Assembly: GCA_039591655.1 (NCBI GenBank)
Contig: JBDHDE010000015.1
Coordinates: forward strand, 22,259-86,258
Reading direction: 5' to 3'
DNA from: Gemmatimonadota bacterium
Lineage (GTDB): Bacteria; Gemmatimonadota; Gemmatimonadetes; Gemmatimonadales; GWC2-71-9
DNA: 64,000 nt
The translations under genes and the position numbers were made by a program. Within the stretch, counting starts at the first letter, position 1. Every line of letters begins with the position of its first letter. The notes beneath the pieces are model-generated. The model had not been told where the DNA came from. It saw only the letters and a program-made list of their open reading frames with translations, and did not search any database. This document shows, piece after piece, positions 39,624-49,082 of this stretch.

Positions 39624-42152
39624 ATGCCCAAGAAACCAAGCGCCGCCACCGGCTCCAACCGCCTGGGTGCCTATCGCGCAAAGCGCTCGGCCGACCGAAC
39701 GCCCGAGCCCTCGGGCGCGGTCGTCGAGGGCGGGAGCCGGCTCTTCGTGGTCCACAAGCACGCGGCCCGGCGGCTGCACTACGACCTGCGCCTCGAGATG
39801 GGGGGCGTGCTGGAGTCGTGGGCCGTGCCCAAGGGCCCCTCGAAGAACCCCACGGACAAGCGCCTGGCAGTGAAGGTCGAGGACCACCCCCTGGAGTACG
39901 GCGATTTCGAGGGCGTGATCCCGGAAGGCAACTACGGGGCTGGGGCGGTGATCCTGTGGGACCGTGGTGTGTGGGTCCCGGTGGAGGACGTCGGGGAGGG
40001 ATTCGAGAAGGGCAAGCTCCTGTTCGAGCTCCGCGGCTACAAGCTGCGCGGGCGCTGGACACTGGTGAAGATCAAGAAGAGCGAGAAGGAATGGCTCTTG
40101 ATCAAGGAGCGGGACGGGTTGGTCTCGGAGGAGGGCGACGACTTTCCCCAGGACTCCGTGCTCTCGGGGCTCACCGTCGAGGAGCTGCGGGACGGCAGCG
40201 ACCCGGCAGCGGCGATCGTGGCCGATCTCGCAGGCTCCGGCGTGAAGCGCCGGGCCGTGCAGCCGGCGGAGGTGAAGCCGATGCTGGCCGAGACCCGCGA
40301 GAAGCCGTTCTCGAAGGCAGGCTGGATCTTCGAGATCAAGTACGACGGCTACCGCATGATCGCCGGGCTGGAGCGCGGCGAGGCGCACCTCATCACCCGC
40401 AACGGGCACGATGCCACGGCGAGCTTTCCCGAGGTTGCGCGGGCGCTCGAGGCGCTGCCGTTCGAGCGGCTGGTTCTCGACGGAGAGGTGGTGGTACATG
40501 ACGAGTCAGGCCGGCCGAACTTTCAGCGCCTGCAGAAGCGGGCGCGCCTCACCCGTGCCGTCGACATCCGACACGCCTCGGTCGAGCTGCCGGCGACCCT
40601 CTATCTGTTCGATCTCCTGGGACTCGCCGAGTGGGACCTGCGCCAGCTTCACCTCGTGGAGCGCAAGGCGGCCCTCCGGCGGGTGCTCCCCAGCGTGGGG
40701 CCGTTGCGCTACTCGGACCACATCGAGGAGCAGGGCGAGGCGTTCTTCGCCAGCGTGAGCGAGATGGGGCTCGAGGGGCTGATTGCGAAGAAGGCCGACA
40801 GCACGTACCGCATGGGCCGGTCGAGTCATTGGGTGAAGGTGCGGGCAGACAAGACGGGCGACTTCGTGGTGGTCGGGTTCACGGCGCCCAAGGGCTCGCG
40901 GGGCGGCTTTGGGGCGCTGCACCTCGCGGCCCACACCGGTGGCAAGCTGGTGTACGTGGGGCGGGTGGGGAGCGGGTTCACGACGGCCGAGCTGAAGGCG
41001 GTCGGCGAGGTGTTGGAAGCGGCGCGACGCGACGATGCGCAGTGCAGCGGGGTGCCGGTGGGCAGCGAACACCGGTGGGTGGCGCCGGCGCTCGTGTGCG
41101 AGGTGCGCTACCGCGAGTGGACCGAGGACGGTCTGCTGCGCCACCCCGTGTTCTTGCGGTTCCGGGACGATAAGCCGGCGGCGGAGTGCGAACACCCGGG
41201 GAAGGGGGAAGGGGGAAGGGAAGAGTTCCCGGAGCCGGCCCTTGCCGCTTCTTCCTCCACGCCTCCCGATCTCCAGCTCACCAACCTCGACAAGGTCTTC
41301 TGGCCCGATGAGGGCTACACCAAGGGCGACCTGATCGAGTACTACCGGGCGATCGCGCCATGGATCTTGCCCTACCTCCGGGATCGCCCCGTCGTGATGA
41401 CGCGATTTCCCGACGGCATTGACGGGAAGTCCTTCTTCCAGAAGGACGCGCCGGGGTTCGCTCCGGATTGGATACGCCGGGAGCGGATGTGGAGCGAGGA
41501 CACGGAGCGCGAGCTGAGCTATTTCATCGCCGACGACGAAGCCTCGCTGCTCTACATCATCAATCTGGCGTCGATCCCGCTGCACGTGTGGGCGAGCCGC
41601 GCGGAGTCACTGGAGCGCCCCGACTGGTGCATCCTCGATCTGGATCCCAAGGATGCTCCCTTCGCCCACGTGGTGCAGATCGCACGGGCGCTCAACCGGC
41701 TGTGCGAGGAGATCGAGCTGCCCAGCTTCATCAAGACCAGCGGCCGGTCAGGGCTCCACGTCATGCTGCCCCTGGGCCGGCAGGTCACCCACGAGCAGTC
41801 CCGCACGTTGGGGGAGCTGCTCGCTCGGGTGGTGGCTGCGGAGCTGCCCGAGATCGCGACCATCGCGAGGCTGCCGGCGCAACGCGAGGGGAAGGTATAC
41901 ATCGACTACCTGCAGAATGGGCACGGCAAGCTCCTGGTGGCGCCGTTCTGTGTGCGGCCCTATCCGGGTGCCCGCGTGTCCATGCCGCTGCGGTGGCGCG
42001 AGGTGAACGCCAAGCTCGACTTGGGGAAACACACGATTCGCAATGCTGCGGCGCGGATGAAACGCCTGGGCGAGGATCCCCTGCTCGCGGTGCTCCATCT
42101 CAAGCCGGACCTGGCACAGGCGCTGGAGCGGCTGCAGGAGCGCGGTTCGTGA
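39624..42152 (+). CDS. ligD: DNA ligase D (phosphoesterase-ligase-polymerase)
   Basis: HAARRLHYDLRLE and SWAVPKGP (PE); EIKYDGYR, EGLIAK and LRHP (ligase); TNLDKVFWP, DLDP and KTSG..GLH (polymerase). Confidence 0.95.
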   Translation: MPKKPSAATGSNRLGAYRAKRSADRTPEPSGAVVEGGSRLFVVHKHAARRLHYDLRLEMGGVLESWAVPKGPSKNPTDKRLAVKVEDHPLEYGDFEGVIPEGNYGAGAVILWDRGVWVPVEDVGEGFEKGKLLFELRGYKLRGRWTLVKIKKSEKEWLLIKERDGLVSEEGDDFPQDSVLSGLTVEELRDGSDPAAAIVADLAGSGVKRRAVQPAEVKPMLAETREKPFSKAGWIFEIKYDGYRMIAGLERGEAHLITRNGHDATASFPEVARALEALPFERLVLDGEVVVHDESGRPNFQRLQKRARLTRAVDIRHASVELPATLYLFDLLGLAEWDLRQLHLVERKAALRRVLPSVGPLRYSDHIEEQGEAFFASVSEMGLEGLIAKKADSTYRMGRSSHWVKVRADKTGDFVVVGFTAPKGSRGGFGALHLAAHTGGKLVYVGRVGSGFTTAELKAVGEVLEAARRDDAQCSGVPVGSEHRWVAPALVCEVRYREWTEDGLLRHPVFLRFRDDKPAAECEHPGKGEGGREEFPEPALAASSSTPPDLQLTNLDKVFWPDEGYTKGDLIEYYRAIAPWILPYLRDRPVVMTRFPDGIDGKSFFQKDAPGFAPDWIRRERMWSEDTERELSYFIADDEASLLYIINLASIPLHVWASRAESLERPDWCILDLDPKDAPFAHVVQIARALNRLCEEIELPSFIKTSGRSGLHVMLPLGRQVTHEQSRTLGELLARVVAAELPEIATIARLPAQREGKVYIDYLQNGHGKLLVAPFCVRPYPGARVSMPLRWREVNAKLDLGKHTIRNAAARMKRLGEDPLLAVLHLKPDLAQALERLQERGS

Positions 42153-42175
42153 CCGCGCGTGGAGTCGACTGACGA

Positions 42176-42773
42176 ATGCCCGGAGAGATTGGGTTCGAGG
42201 TCCAAGGCGCAGGGCGCGTCTCGGCGCTTCTCGCGGTGCCCGACGACGCCCGCTGTCTCTTCGTCGTGGCCCACGGCGCTGGAGCGGGCATGCGCCATCC
42301 CTTTCTGGAACGCGTGGCGCAGTCTCTGGCGGGGCAGGGGATTGCCACGTTCCGCTACCAATTCCCTTACATGGAGCAGGGAAGGAAGCGGCCCGATCCG
42401 CCGCGCGTCGCCGAGGCCACAGTGCGCGCGGCGGTGCACGCGGCGCGCGCAGCGGCACCGGACCTGCCCCTCATAGCCGGCGGCAAGTCGTTCGGCGGGC
42501 GCATGACGTCGAGCGCGCAGGCCCGGTGTGGGGCGCGCGGCGCACCTCCAGGACGTCGCGGTGCCGATGCTGTTCCTGCAAGGCACGCGGGACACCTTCG
42601 CCGAGCTGGACCTGTTGCGCCCGCTGTGCGCGAACCTCGGCTCACGCGCCACGCTACACGTGGTAGAGGGCAGTGACCACTCGTTCAAGGTGCTCAAGCG
42701 CTCGGGGCGCGCCGAGGCCGACGTGATTGAAGAGCTGGCGCAGACGATTGCCGATTGGGCTGCCACCCTGTGA
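42176..42773 (+). pseudogene. Alpha/beta hydrolase (KANL3/Tex30-like), disrupted by an apparent deletion and frameshift near 42525
   Basis: Frame A gives AHGAGAGM...[11 protein letters not shown]; frame B gives RAAHL...MLFLQGTRD...DHSF. The strand that normally lies between them (GFPLH-type) is absent. Confidence 0.8.
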
Positions 42774-42780
42774 GCACACC

Positions 42781-43191
42781 ATGCCGAGCTATTGGATTCT
42801 CAAGACCGAACCCACCACCTACAGCTACGGCGACTTGGCCCGCGAGAAGAGCACCACTTGGGATGGCGTGAAGAACGCCGTGGCGCTGAAGCACATCCGC
42901 GCGATGCGCTCTGGGGACCAGGCGCTGATCTATCACTCGGGCAAGGAGAAGGCGGTGGTGGGGCTCGCCCGGATCACCTCCGGGCCCTACGGCGACCCCG
43001 AACAGGACGATCCCAAGCTCGTCGTCGTGGACCTAGCGGCTGCGGAACGGCTCCCCCGGCCCGTGGAGCTGAAGACGATCAAGGCCGATCCGGCGTTCAA
43101 GGACCTGGCGCTGGTGCGGATGGGACGGCTCTCGGTGATGCCCGCGACCGCTGCCCAGTGGAGACGCTTGCTGAAGCTCGCCGGACGATAG
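42781..43191 (+). CDS. EVE domain-containing protein
   Basis: YWILKTEP..YS, WDGVKN, GD...IYHS and RLSV.P. Confidence 0.9.
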   Translation: MPSYWILKTEPTTYSYGDLAREKSTTWDGVKNAVALKHIRAMRSGDQALIYHSGKEKAVVGLARITSGPYGDPEQDDPKLVVVDLAAAERLPRPVELKTIKADPAFKDLALVRMGRLSVMPATAAQWRRLLKLAGR

Positions 43192-43194
43192 TCC

Positions 43195-43893
43195 TCAGGT
43201 GGGGAGGACATCGAGGAAGCGCCGAGCCAGAGCCGGTCCCGCCCCTTCGTCTTCGTGCTTGAAGAACACGAAGGCCTCCTCCCATGGCTGGCTCGCGATG
43301 CGCTCCCCCCACCCGCGGAGCGCGTTGTCGTCGTAGCTCTCGCGGCGCAGCCGGAGGTATCCGCGCGTGCCCGTTGCAACGAGCGGTGTCTCACCCTCCG
43401 CGGTGTCCGCCACGCACAGTGCCGCGCCGCTCGATCGCAGCGCGTCGTATACCTCGTCATCGAACCAGGAATCGTGTCGGAACTCCAGCGCGGCGGGCCA
43501 GCCGTCAGGCAGCAGCGCCAGGAAAGTAGTGAGTCGCTCCAGGTTCTTCTTCATATTGGGTGGGAGCTGGAATAGCATGGCGCCCAACTTGGACCCCAGC
43601 AGCGAAGCGTTGTTGATCAGGTAGGAGAGGGGATCCTCCACGTTCTTGAGCCGCTGCATGTGCGTGATGCGGCGGGAGGCCTTGAGCACGAACCGGAATC
43701 CGTCGGGTACCTGCTCGGCCCACTGGACGAGCACCCTCTCCGAAGGCATGCGATAGAACGTGTTGTTGATCTCCACCGTGCCGAACTTCCCGGCGTAGAA
43801 GGAGAGCATGCTGTCGTTGGATTGGTCCTTGGGATAGAAGCTGCCCTTCCATTCCTTGTAGGCGTAGCCACTGGTGCCGGCGAGTAGCCGCAT
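43195..43893 (-). CDS. DUF72 family protein
   Basis: GTSGYAYKEW.G.FYP, VEINNTFYRMP, KA.RRITH, LFQLPP and EFRH.SW. Confidence 0.92.
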   Translation of the reverse strand: MRLLAGTSGYAYKEWKGSFYPKDQSNDSMLSFYAGKFGTVEINNTFYRMPSERVLVQWAEQVPDGFRFVLKASRRITHMQRLKNVEDPLSYLINNASLLGSKLGAMLFQLPPNMKKNLERLTTFLALLPDGWPAALEFRHDSWFDDEVYDALRSSGAALCVADTAEGETPLVATGTRGYLRLRRESYDDNALRGWGERIASQPWEEAFVFFKHEDEGAGPALARRFLDVLPT

Positions 43894-44020
43894 CGTTCCC
43901 TCGGGAGGTTGGGGCACTCCAATTGATCGCCGCGGGCTCAGCCGAATGCAAGCCGACGGGTTGCCGCCGCCGGGACAACGGTGTATTTGGGACGGGACAT
44001 CTCACGCTCGAGCGAGTCTA

Positions 44021-45685
44021 ATGTCTGACCGTATGCGCCTCTCCGATGCGCTGCTGATGGCTGCCGGGGCTGCCGGCCTGGTGGCCTTCCTCCTGCTGTA
44101 TCGTTCGGCCACACCGCAGGCGGCGGTGACCCTCGAGGTCACGCGTGGGGAGGCGCTGGCCACGGCCCGAGACCTCCTCGAGACACGGGGAGCCTCCCCC
44201 GGCTCCTTCAAGGAAGCTGTTCAGTTCCGCGGCAACAGCGCGGGGCTGGTGTTCCTCCAGCGCACGCTGGGGCTGGACGAGGCCAGTCGCTGGGCCCGGG
44301 AGGAGGTCCCGATCTGGTCGTGGATCATGCGGTGGTTCCAGCCGGGAGAGAAGGAAGAGTGGCTGGTCCGGGTGGCGGTAGATGGGACCGTGGTCGGCCT
44401 GGCGCACCTAGTCGAGGAGGCCGCTGCAGGGGCGGACCTTGAGCAGGAGGAGGCGGCGGCCGTCGCCGAAGCCTTCCTCGAGGGGCAGGGGTGGGAGCTC
44501 ACCACTCTGGAGCGCGTGGAGGCGTCCAGTGAGAAGTTGGACAACCGCACGGACCATCACTTCACCTGGGAGAAGGCGGGCTCGGATGTGGCCTGGCGCC
44601 CTGACTCCGCCCAGGCCGGGTCGGGTGCGGTGCGCGTGGCGGTGGACGTGCAGGGCGACCAGGTCGGTCGCTACCGGCACTACCTGCACGTGCCGGAGGG
44701 ATTCTCCCGCGACCTCGATCAGACACTCAGCGTGGGGACGTTCATTGCCATCGGCAGCCTCGGGCTCACGTTCGTGCTCGTAGTGGCAGCCCTGGCCATC
44801 ACGATCGCGCGCCACCGCCGGGACGACATCCGTTGGGGGCCGGCGGCGCGGCTGGCGGCCCTGGTCACGGTGCTGTTCCTGGGGCAGGGCGTCGCCTCGT
44901 GGCCCGCCGTGAAGTTCGTGTACGAGACCGAGTTCCAATGGGTTGCGTACCTGGGGGTGCTCGTCATCGGGGCGCTGTTCGTGGCGGCGATCTACGGCAT
45001 GTGGGTGCTCTTCACGGCGACGGCGGGGGAGTCTCTGGCCCGAGAGACCTTCCCCAAGAGCCTGGTGGGGTTCGTCGAGGCCGCCCGCGGCCGACTGCTC
45101 GACACGAGCGTGGCGCGTGCCAGCGTCCGGGGCTACGCCCTGGGATTCCTGATCCTGGGGTACCTCACGGTGTTCTACGTGGTGGCGCGGCGTTACCTAG
45201 GTGCGTGGCTCCCGGCCGAAGGTCCCTACTCGGAGATCTTCAACACCTACCTGCCGTTCCTGGTGCCGCTCACCGTGAGCGTGGTGGCGGCGCTCACCGA
45301 GGAGCTCACCTACAGACTCTTTGGAATATCGCTCTTCAAGCGCTATCTGCGTTCCACCGCTCTGGCGCTCCTGATTCCGGCGGTGATCTGGGCCTTTGCG
45401 CACTCCAACTATCCGGTCTTCCCCATCTACCTGCGGGGCATCGAGCTGACGATCGCCGGTGTCATCCTCGGGATCGGGTTCCTCCGCCTGGGGCTCTTGG
45501 CCTGCATCATTGCCCACTTCGTGGTGGACGCGGTGATCTTCGGAATGCCGCTCCTCACGTCGGGCAACGGAGCCTACGTGCTGTCGGGTGTCATCGTGGT
45601 CGGGATCGCCTTGGCGCCGGCGATCCTGGGAGTGGTGGCGCGCATCCGAGCCCCCGCGGCGTCGCCCCCCCAGCAGGCAGGATAG
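44021..45685 (+). CDS. CPBP family intramembrane metalloprotease with a large extracytoplasmic domain
   Basis: N-terminal TM plus soluble domain, then multi-TM region with EELTYR, WAFAH and AHFVVD. Confidence 0.8.
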   Translation: MSDRMRLSDALLMAAGAAGLVAFLLLYRSATPQAAVTLEVTRGEALATARDLLETRGASPGSFKEAVQFRGNSAGLVFLQRTLGLDEASRWAREEVPIWSWIMRWFQPGEKEEWLVRVAVDGTVVGLAHLVEEAAAGADLEQEEAAAVAEAFLEGQGWELTTLERVEASSEKLDNRTDHHFTWEKAGSDVAWRPDSAQAGSGAVRVAVDVQGDQVGRYRHYLHVPEGFSRDLDQTLSVGTFIAIGSLGLTFVLVVAALAITIARHRRDDIRWGPAARLAALVTVLFLGQGVASWPAVKFVYETEFQWVAYLGVLVIGALFVAAIYGMWVLFTATAGESLARETFPKSLVGFVEAARGRLLDTSVARASVRGYALGFLILGYLTVFYVVARRYLGAWLPAEGPYSEIFNTYLPFLVPLTVSVVAALTEELTYRLFGISLFKRYLRSTALALLIPAVIWAFAHSNYPVFPIYLRGIELTIAGVILGIGFLRLGLLACIIAHFVVDAVIFGMPLLTSGNGAYVLSGVIVVGIALAPAILGVVARIRAPAASPPQQAG

Positions 45686-45691
45686 CCGACT

Positions 45692-47377
45692 GTGGCCGGA
45701 AGCGCCTCCTCACTGCTGCGGCGGCTGCTGCGCTTGAAAGAGGTCTACGGCAGTGATGCTGCGGACCGGAAGCGGGAGCTGCTGAGCGAGCTGGAACGGC
45801 GACGCCTGCAGACGGCGTCGGAGGTACACCGGCTGCACGAATTCCTCTGCTTCGCCCACGCATACCCGGACGACGCACGAGTGCTCGCTCAGGTCGAGGG
45901 AATGCTCGAGGCCTTCGGTGAGCGAGGCGACCTGCACCGCTTCCACAAGGCGCTTGCCGACACCGGCATCGCAGGGACCGCTACTCACTACGCCTTCTAC
46001 TGGTTCACGGCCCAGTGGCTGGCCCGGCGCTGGCCGGAGGCACTCACCATCGAATGGGACCTGTTCGAGCACGCCTCCCGCCTGCAGGATCTCCTGCATC
46101 TCCTGCTGCCGTACACTGAGACTCTGACGGTTGACGAGGTGGAGCTCTCGACGCGTGAGTGGATCGAGGCGCTGAAGGGACCGCACGAAACGGACGCGGC
46201 ATTCCTGATCCGGCGGTTCGCGGACCTGAAGGCGGATGCGTTCGGGCGGGAAACGGTCTTCGAGTCGCTGGACGTCCCGCTCCGCATCGCGCCGGGCGCC
46301 GACACTCCCTCCCGAACCGGCGCGAAGTATCGCAAGGGCCCGGTGGTGTACCAGGCGAAGCCGCTATCCCGTGCCCGGCCCGACCTCAAACGGGAGGTGG
46401 AGCGTCCGCCGCTGGCCGTGAGGGACGTCTCGCCCTTGGAGGGACGGAAGCTCATCGACCTCGCCCGGGAGGCGATGGTCACACGCAGCCGGGATCTCGA
46501 CATCTTCGTACACGCCGACAAGCGCGACGTACGGATGGTGGACTGCGGGGATGGGCTGCAGTTCGCCTGCTTCGGGGCCGTTCCCGAGCGCCGCCTGATG
46601 CTGGATGCGGTGTACGGCTTGCTCACGCTCAAGAACGGGGTCCCGATTGGCTACGTATTGGTGAGCACGCTGTACAACTCCGCGGAAGTCGCCTACAACG
46701 TGTTCGACACGTACCGCGGCGGGGAGGCGGCGCTGATCTACGCGCGCGTGCTGGCCCTGGTGCGCCATCTCTTCTGCGTCGATGCCCTCACGGTCCCGCC
46801 CTACCAGCTCGGCCTCGACAACGAAGAGGGACTCAAGTCGGGCGCCTGGTGGTTCTATTACAAGCTCGGCTTCCGGCCCCACGACGCGCAGGTGCGGCGA
46901 GTCCTGCGGACCGAGCTGCGGCGGATGAAGAGGAACCCGGCCCATCGCTCCAGCCTCGCCACCCTGGAGGAGCTGGTGCAGGCAAATGTGTTCCTCTATT
47001 TGGGAAAGCCCCGCACGGATGTCCGCGGCCGGATCTCGCTGGGAAACATCGGGCTCAGGGTCAGCCGCTATATGGCCGACCGCTTCGGCGGCGATCGGGA
47101 AGGTGGGATGCAGGCCTGCTCCCGGGACGCGGCCCGGCTCTTGGGTGTGCGATCCGTGGGTAGGTGGTCGCCCGGCGAGCGGCTCTGGTGGGAGCGCTGG
47201 AGCCCCCTCATCCTTGCCCTCCCCGACATCCGGCGCTGGAGCACGCCCGCCAGGCGGGCGTTGGTCCGGGTGGTCCGCGCCAAGGGTGGGCGGCGGGAAT
47301 CCGAGTTCGTGCGCTTGTTCGACGCCCACCGGCGGTTGCGAGCGGCGGTGCTGAAGCTGGCGGCGGACGCTGGGTAG
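45692..47377 (+). CDS. Hypothetical 561-aa protein containing a GNAT-like segment
   Basis: Long ORF 6 nt after the CPBP stop; contains VFDTYRGGE and AWWFYYKLGF. Confidence 0.7.
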   Translation: MAGSASSLLRRLLRLKEVYGSDAADRKRELLSELERRRLQTASEVHRLHEFLCFAHAYPDDARVLAQVEGMLEAFGERGDLHRFHKALADTGIAGTATHYAFYWFTAQWLARRWPEALTIEWDLFEHASRLQDLLHLLLPYTETLTVDEVELSTREWIEALKGPHETDAAFLIRRFADLKADAFGRETVFESLDVPLRIAPGADTPSRTGAKYRKGPVVYQAKPLSRARPDLKREVERPPLAVRDVSPLEGRKLIDLAREAMVTRSRDLDIFVHADKRDVRMVDCGDGLQFACFGAVPERRLMLDAVYGLLTLKNGVPIGYVLVSTLYNSAEVAYNVFDTYRGGEAALIYARVLALVRHLFCVDALTVPPYQLGLDNEEGLKSGAWWFYYKLGFRPHDAQVRRVLRTELRRMKRNPAHRSSLATLEELVQANVFLYLGKPRTDVRGRISLGNIGLRVSRYMADRFGGDREGGMQACSRDAARLLGVRSVGRWSPGERLWWERWSPLILALPDIRRWSTPARRALVRVVRAKGGRRESEFVRLFDAHRRLRAAVLKLAADAG

Positions 47378-47523
47378 CCTCCGGCCCCGTCGCGCTCGTC
47401 CTCACAGACTCTTATTCTTAATGTTCCGCCTCCGGAGGACGGCGCTGCCGGCCCCGGCCGCCGGACCTCAAAGGGGGCGAGGTATGGGGCTCGGCAAGGG
47501 GGGGTCATGTCGGGGGTGCACGC

Positions 47524-47991
47524 ATGAGGATACAGGTGATTGCCCGGTTGCTGGTGGTGCTACTCGTGGCGTCCGCCGCGTTTTCCACGGCGTGGGCGCA
47601 GGACCAGGCAGTGGATACGAAGGCGAACGAGCTGTTCGACGAAGTGATGAGCCCGTTCTGCCCCGGTCGGACGCTGGCCAACTGCCCGTCGCCGCAGGCT
47701 GCGGCGCTGCGGGATCAGATAAGAGAGCGACTGGTCGCCGGCGCCACCGGTGAGGAGATCGTCGACACGCTGTACGCCGCGTATGGCGACATCGTGCTGG
47801 GTGCGCCCCGCCCCCGGGGCTTCGGGTTGCTGGCGTGGATTGCGCCGGGTGCCTTCGTCTTGGCGGGCGGTGCGGTGTTGGTGTGGTGGATAACCTCAAA
47901 CAGGAATCTCGCCGCCCTGGAGACCTCGGCCGATCCCGAGCTCGATCCGGAGATGCGGGCGCGACTGGAATCGGAGCTGTCCGAGTTGTGA
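47524..47991 (+). CDS. CcmH-like cytochrome c biogenesis protein
   Basis: VMSPFCPGRTLANCPS..A..LR..I...L..G....I......YG..VL..P, then a TM (LLAWIAP). Confidence 0.75.
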   Translation: MRIQVIARLLVVLLVASAAFSTAWAQDQAVDTKANELFDEVMSPFCPGRTLANCPSPQAAALRDQIRERLVAGATGEEIVDTLYAAYGDIVLGAPRPRGFGLLAWIAPGAFVLAGGAVLVWWITSNRNLAALETSADPELDPEMRARLESELSEL

Positions 47992-48061
47992 GTTACCCAC
48001 TGCCGGCCGAGCTGTCGGGCGCGGCAACCTGAACCCGCACTCCTGAGGAGAACCGTCCCCC

Positions 48062-49057
48062 ATGCCATGCAGACTCCCGCGGCTTCTCGGTCTGGTGTCC
48101 CTGGCGCTCGCCGTGGTCGTCTCATGCACGGTCGCGCCGGAGACGGCGGTGGCGCAGAAGCTCGTTGTGGTCAACAAGAGCGCCAGCACGCTGTCGATCG
48201 TGGATCCCGCTACTCGCACGGAGCTCGCCAGCGTGCCGACGGGGTTCGCGCCACACGAGGTAGCCGTCTCACCCGACGGGCGCCATGCGTACGTGAGCGA
48301 CTACGGCACCGGCCCGCAGGCGGGTAACACGATCACCATCGTTGACATCGCAGAGGCACGCTCCCTCGGTACCGTCTCCCTCGGCGCCCACACCAGGCCC
48401 CACGGCATCACCGTGGCGAGCGATGGCACCGTCTGGGTCACGACCGAGGGCTCGCGGCACGTGCTTCACGTGGATCCCGTCGAGCGCCGGATCCTCCGGG
48501 CGATCGAGACCATGCAACAGGTTACGCACATGGTGGTCGTGGCCGAGGGCGTAGGCCGGGTGTACACCGCGAACATCGGGAGCGGGAACGTGACCTCCGC
48601 CGATGCCGTGACTGGGGAAGTCCTCTCACACATCGCCACGGGCGAGGGTGCGGAGGGCATCGATCTGTCTCCCGACGGCCAGCGTCTCTACGTCACAAAC
48701 CGCACGGCGGGGACGCTCTCCGAGATCGACGTAGCCACCAACACGGTGACCCGCGCGCTGCAGGTCGGTGACTTCCCCATCCGGGTGAAGGTGCGCCCCG
48801 ACGGCAGCGAGGCGCTGGTCTCCAACGCCCGCGGCAACGAGGTCGTTGCGGTGGACCTCGCGGCATGGACTGTGGCACGCCGGCTCCCCGTGGGGGCGAT
48901 TCCCGTAGGCATTCTCGTCGCACCGGACAACCACACCGCCTACGTAGCCAACACCCGCGACGACAAGATCTCGGTCATAGATCTTGAGGCGTGGGCGCTG
49001 GACGGCGAGATCATCGCCGGCGACGAGCCGGACGGGATGGCCTGGGTCGGCCGGTAG
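48062..49057 (+). CDS. YVTN/YncE-type beta-propeller protein (probable lipoprotein)
   Basis: Repeated P.G...SPDG...YVTN/YVAN blades; VVSC lipobox-like motif. Confidence 0.85.
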   Translation: MPCRLPRLLGLVSLALAVVVSCTVAPETAVAQKLVVVNKSASTLSIVDPATRTELASVPTGFAPHEVAVSPDGRHAYVSDYGTGPQAGNTITIVDIAEARSLGTVSLGAHTRPHGITVASDGTVWVTTEGSRHVLHVDPVERRILRAIETMQQVTHMVVVAEGVGRVYTANIGSGNVTSADAVTGEVLSHIATGEGAEGIDLSPDGQRLYVTNRTAGTLSEIDVATNTVTRALQVGDFPIRVKVRPDGSEALVSNARGNEVVAVDLAAWTVARRLPVGAIPVGILVAPDNHTAYVANTRDDKISVIDLEAWALDGEIIAGDEPDGMAWVGR

Positions 49058-49082
49058 GTCGCACCGACGAGCTTGCGCTCCC

